Part shown: piece after piece, positions 61,511 to 64,000 of the stretch
Numbering within the stretch: the first letter of the stretch is position 1
Layout: every line of letters begins with the position of its first letter
Source of the DNA: Carcharhinus longimanus
Taxonomy: Eukaryota
Direction: 5' to 3'
Assembly: GCA_030264375.1 (NCBI GenBank)
Contig: JASCQW010000133.1
Coordinates: 34,354,076-34,418,075, forward strand
Length of the DNA stretch: 64,000 bases
Program-made: the position numbers and the translations under genes
The notes under the pieces: model-generated
What the model saw: the letters and a program-made list of their open reading frames with translations, nothing else
The model's database searches: none
What the model was told of the DNA's origin: nothing

Positions 61511-64000
61511 ACAGGACACAACTTGAATTCCCAGATCCTTTTGCAACAAACAGCGATGCGAGGACTTCCTTGACCCTACTTTTAAGAAAAGGAATTGAGG
61601 TGGAAGTGCAGATGGAATCTGTGCCACAGTTGGGAGCTTCTGTCCTGAACCCGTCACGAGCAAAATGCTTCCATGCTGGTGCAAACTTTCTTTTTGTAAA
61701 TTTCCATTTCTATTTACGGACTGAGAATGCTGTGTTGCTGTCTTCTCAGCTATTCCAAGAGCGTACGGTGCTTTTACCACTTCAGCGGTGTATGTTACTG
61801 TACCTTTAAAACACAAACACTTGTGGTCAAGCAGGATAATAGTTCATTGTAGGATATAACTGTTTTTATACTCTCGTGATCTTAACTTTGGAGCAGCATT
61901 TTATCCTTCATGTTCTGACTGGAGAAAAAAACAACTACTTTTTCTTGTGCGCAAGTGCACACATGGGGATATTGTCCAAAATTAGACACATCTTCTCTTC
62001 CAGACAAGTTTTGGCTTCTAAATATCAAGTAACCACTTGTGTGCACACGTGTGCTACAGAATTGAAGTGCTCCAAAGTTAACGTGTTGTGATCATCAGTG
62101 TACGGAAGGCATACCTCCACCTATTGGCAATGAACCTTTTAGTTGTAAGTGGATTTATGTGAATCATGTGACCCAACCTTCCCTTTCCTCTTTTCCTTCT
62201 TCCCAAAAAGATAAGGTTGAGAGTACTTCTGGTATACTGATTGGATCAGCATGTTAACAGATGCCTTCTTTGCCATCAGGACTCTCTCAGCTGTCTCCTT
62301 AATTCATTTTGTAGGATTTTGTCATGCTGACTGGAAATTCTTGTCCTCAAAATATTTTCTTTGAGGTATTGAGGAAGATGGTAATGTAACCAGGAGCCTT
62401 GATTTGGAGCTGGGGGTAAATGAATTTATTGGATATCTCACTTCCTGCTGACAAGCTATTCTCGATGTGGACCATAACTCAGCAGAACTTGGTAATAAGA
62501 GTGGGAGTGGGTAATATTGAGACAGTTATCTGGAAAGTTATTTTGTGCTAGAGATCATTTCTGATGATGATTGCAGATTTAGTTCAGAATCTTTATTTTC
62601 CCGCTTGGTTCTTCAGATTGCACTTTGTTCCCATTTGAGTGGATGGACAGGGCCTGAGAGTATGGCCTACAATTGCTTCCAACCACCAGTATACTTTTCT
62701 CTCGCTCGCTAAAGTGCCTGGTCTCTGGCTGAGTGAGACGCTGTTGCATCACAAACCACAACCCTAAACCACTCCATCACAAATCCAGTCCCCTTGACTC
62801 ATTTTGAGTTTCCTATATTAAAGCTGAAACGCAAGCAGTAATAATGAGCCCTAATTAAATAAAACTATCTTGCTGTAGATTTGATATGAAAATAGCCTGA
62901 GTTGCATAGTAAGATTCTGCACAGCCCATTGCACAAGTTTTCATCTTTTTTATTTTGTAACTCAAGTAGTGAGATTCAGCAAGTTAAGTTTTACTTTACA
63001 GCCATTTTTGAAATGTTCAACATAGTCTTTTACACGGCTTAACAATGCATGAAAGCTGCAAAACACACAGTAGTAAATTGGTTAACTACATTGTAAAATG
63101 TGACCCTTGCCCTATGCTTCTGAAGATCTTGAAGTATACTGCCCGAAGAGTCACCTGAAAAGACACCATGGCTTGGTGCCCTCATTTTATCCCAGTCATT
63201 TGTGGTTTAGTTGTGTGTGGACAAAAGGCATTGTTAGCACAGTCAGAAGGAGCAAGTAAGCTGCAAGGTCAAAAATATGTAAATAGTGTGCAAGTGATAT
63301 AGTGGGACACAACCCTAGCTCTGGGTGGTAGCATCACTGCTATCTAGTCTGCAATGAAGATATAACCATAGAGTTTACAAGCTGTGGTTCCAGATTAAAT
63401 GGTTGTAATTGCTTTGAATATCTGAACAGTCTCAAATTTGTGATGAGCACATNNNNNNNNNNCTGTGCAGTTTGAAGGCACATTCAGAGCAAAGCTGTTT
63501 ATGTTAAAACTTTCTGCCCACATTTTAAGTTCCCAACCTTGACCTTGGCAGAGTATAATGAATGTACCACATGTATACATATGTTTGTTAATTGTGTATA
63601 TTTTCCAGATGAAACAAAGATTTGTGCAAATTCTTTCTCTCCAACAGCTTAAGGCCACAGGTGTAAATCCACAACGAAGGGTTTTATTGTATTAGTATAG
63701 TCTGATCACCAAGCTTGTAAAAATGATCAGCAGACACTAAGAGTTAGCATAAATTTGGAACTAAGCTGGAAGCCAGCAGAACCTTGATCTCTTACAGCCC
63801 CTTGTAACATTGTCCCTGGCATTTTGTGATTTCCTGAGTGAGAACTATGTAATTGAGATGGGAAAGTTCATGTACCTCAAGTGCATTTAGATAATACAAA
63901 TTGGTATTAATGATCCCTAGCACCTTGTTTAAAAAGTAGCCAGTTCTTCACTATGTTTTAATACTCATTTTCACAGCCTATTTTCTATTAGCTTTACAAA
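61511..64000 (+). other. probable HECTD4 3' UTR / downstream region (end not determinable)
   Basis: Follows the stop codon; no recognisable retroelements, unlike the introns. Confidence 0.55.
62817..62863 (+). promoter_or_regulatory. candidate polyadenylation signal cluster
   Basis: ATTAAA 62817-62822, ATTAAA 62854-62859 and overlapping AATAAA 62858-62863. Confidence 0.4.

Noticed and set aside
61508-61573. Stop-codon readthrough or selenocysteine at the terminal TGA
   Set aside because: Context is TGA-A, not TGA-CTAG; the protein ends where the ortholog ends as I recall it; no SECIS recognised.
12-63658. The many 60-210 aa ORFs in the six-frame track as independent genes
   Set aside because: They are exon read-throughs, antisense shadows of exons, decayed retroelement fragments, N-spanning artefacts or chance ORFs; none supports a second gene.
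1-64000. CRISPR arrays, operons or other prokaryotic systems
   Set aside because: The window is a spliced vertebrate gene; there are no regularly spaced repeat-spacer arrays or intronless gene clusters.

Overview
Eukaryotic genomic DNA, almost certainly from a shark or other cartilaginous fish, judged from its repeat families (HE1-type tRNA SINEs, CR1 LINEs, Penelope-type repeats). It is a draft assembly with many N gaps. The window holds the last 30 exons of one + strand gene, HECTD4 (giant HECT E3 ubiquitin ligase). I spliced them by hand: every intron is GT-AG, all phases match, and 5982 nt give 1993 aa plus TGA (61508-61510). The protein includes a SPRY-like domain, a Ser-rich large exon and the C-terminal HECT domain, followed by about 2.5 kb of apparent 3' UTR. 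The introns are full of decayed retroelements (CR1, L2, Rex1/Babar, RTE, L1, Vingi/I-like, SINEs, LTR-like). The most unusual signal is a Penelope-like element carrying a minimal hammerhead-ribozyme motif that forms fold-back insertions with 12-bp target duplications. One insertion (11547-12577) appears to have copied about 390 bp of its own flanking DNA in inverted orientation, giving a near-palindrome with arms of about 600 bp. Candidate poison and cassette exons are also noted. Repeat family names come from recognised motifs, not database searches, and repeat boundaries are approximate.
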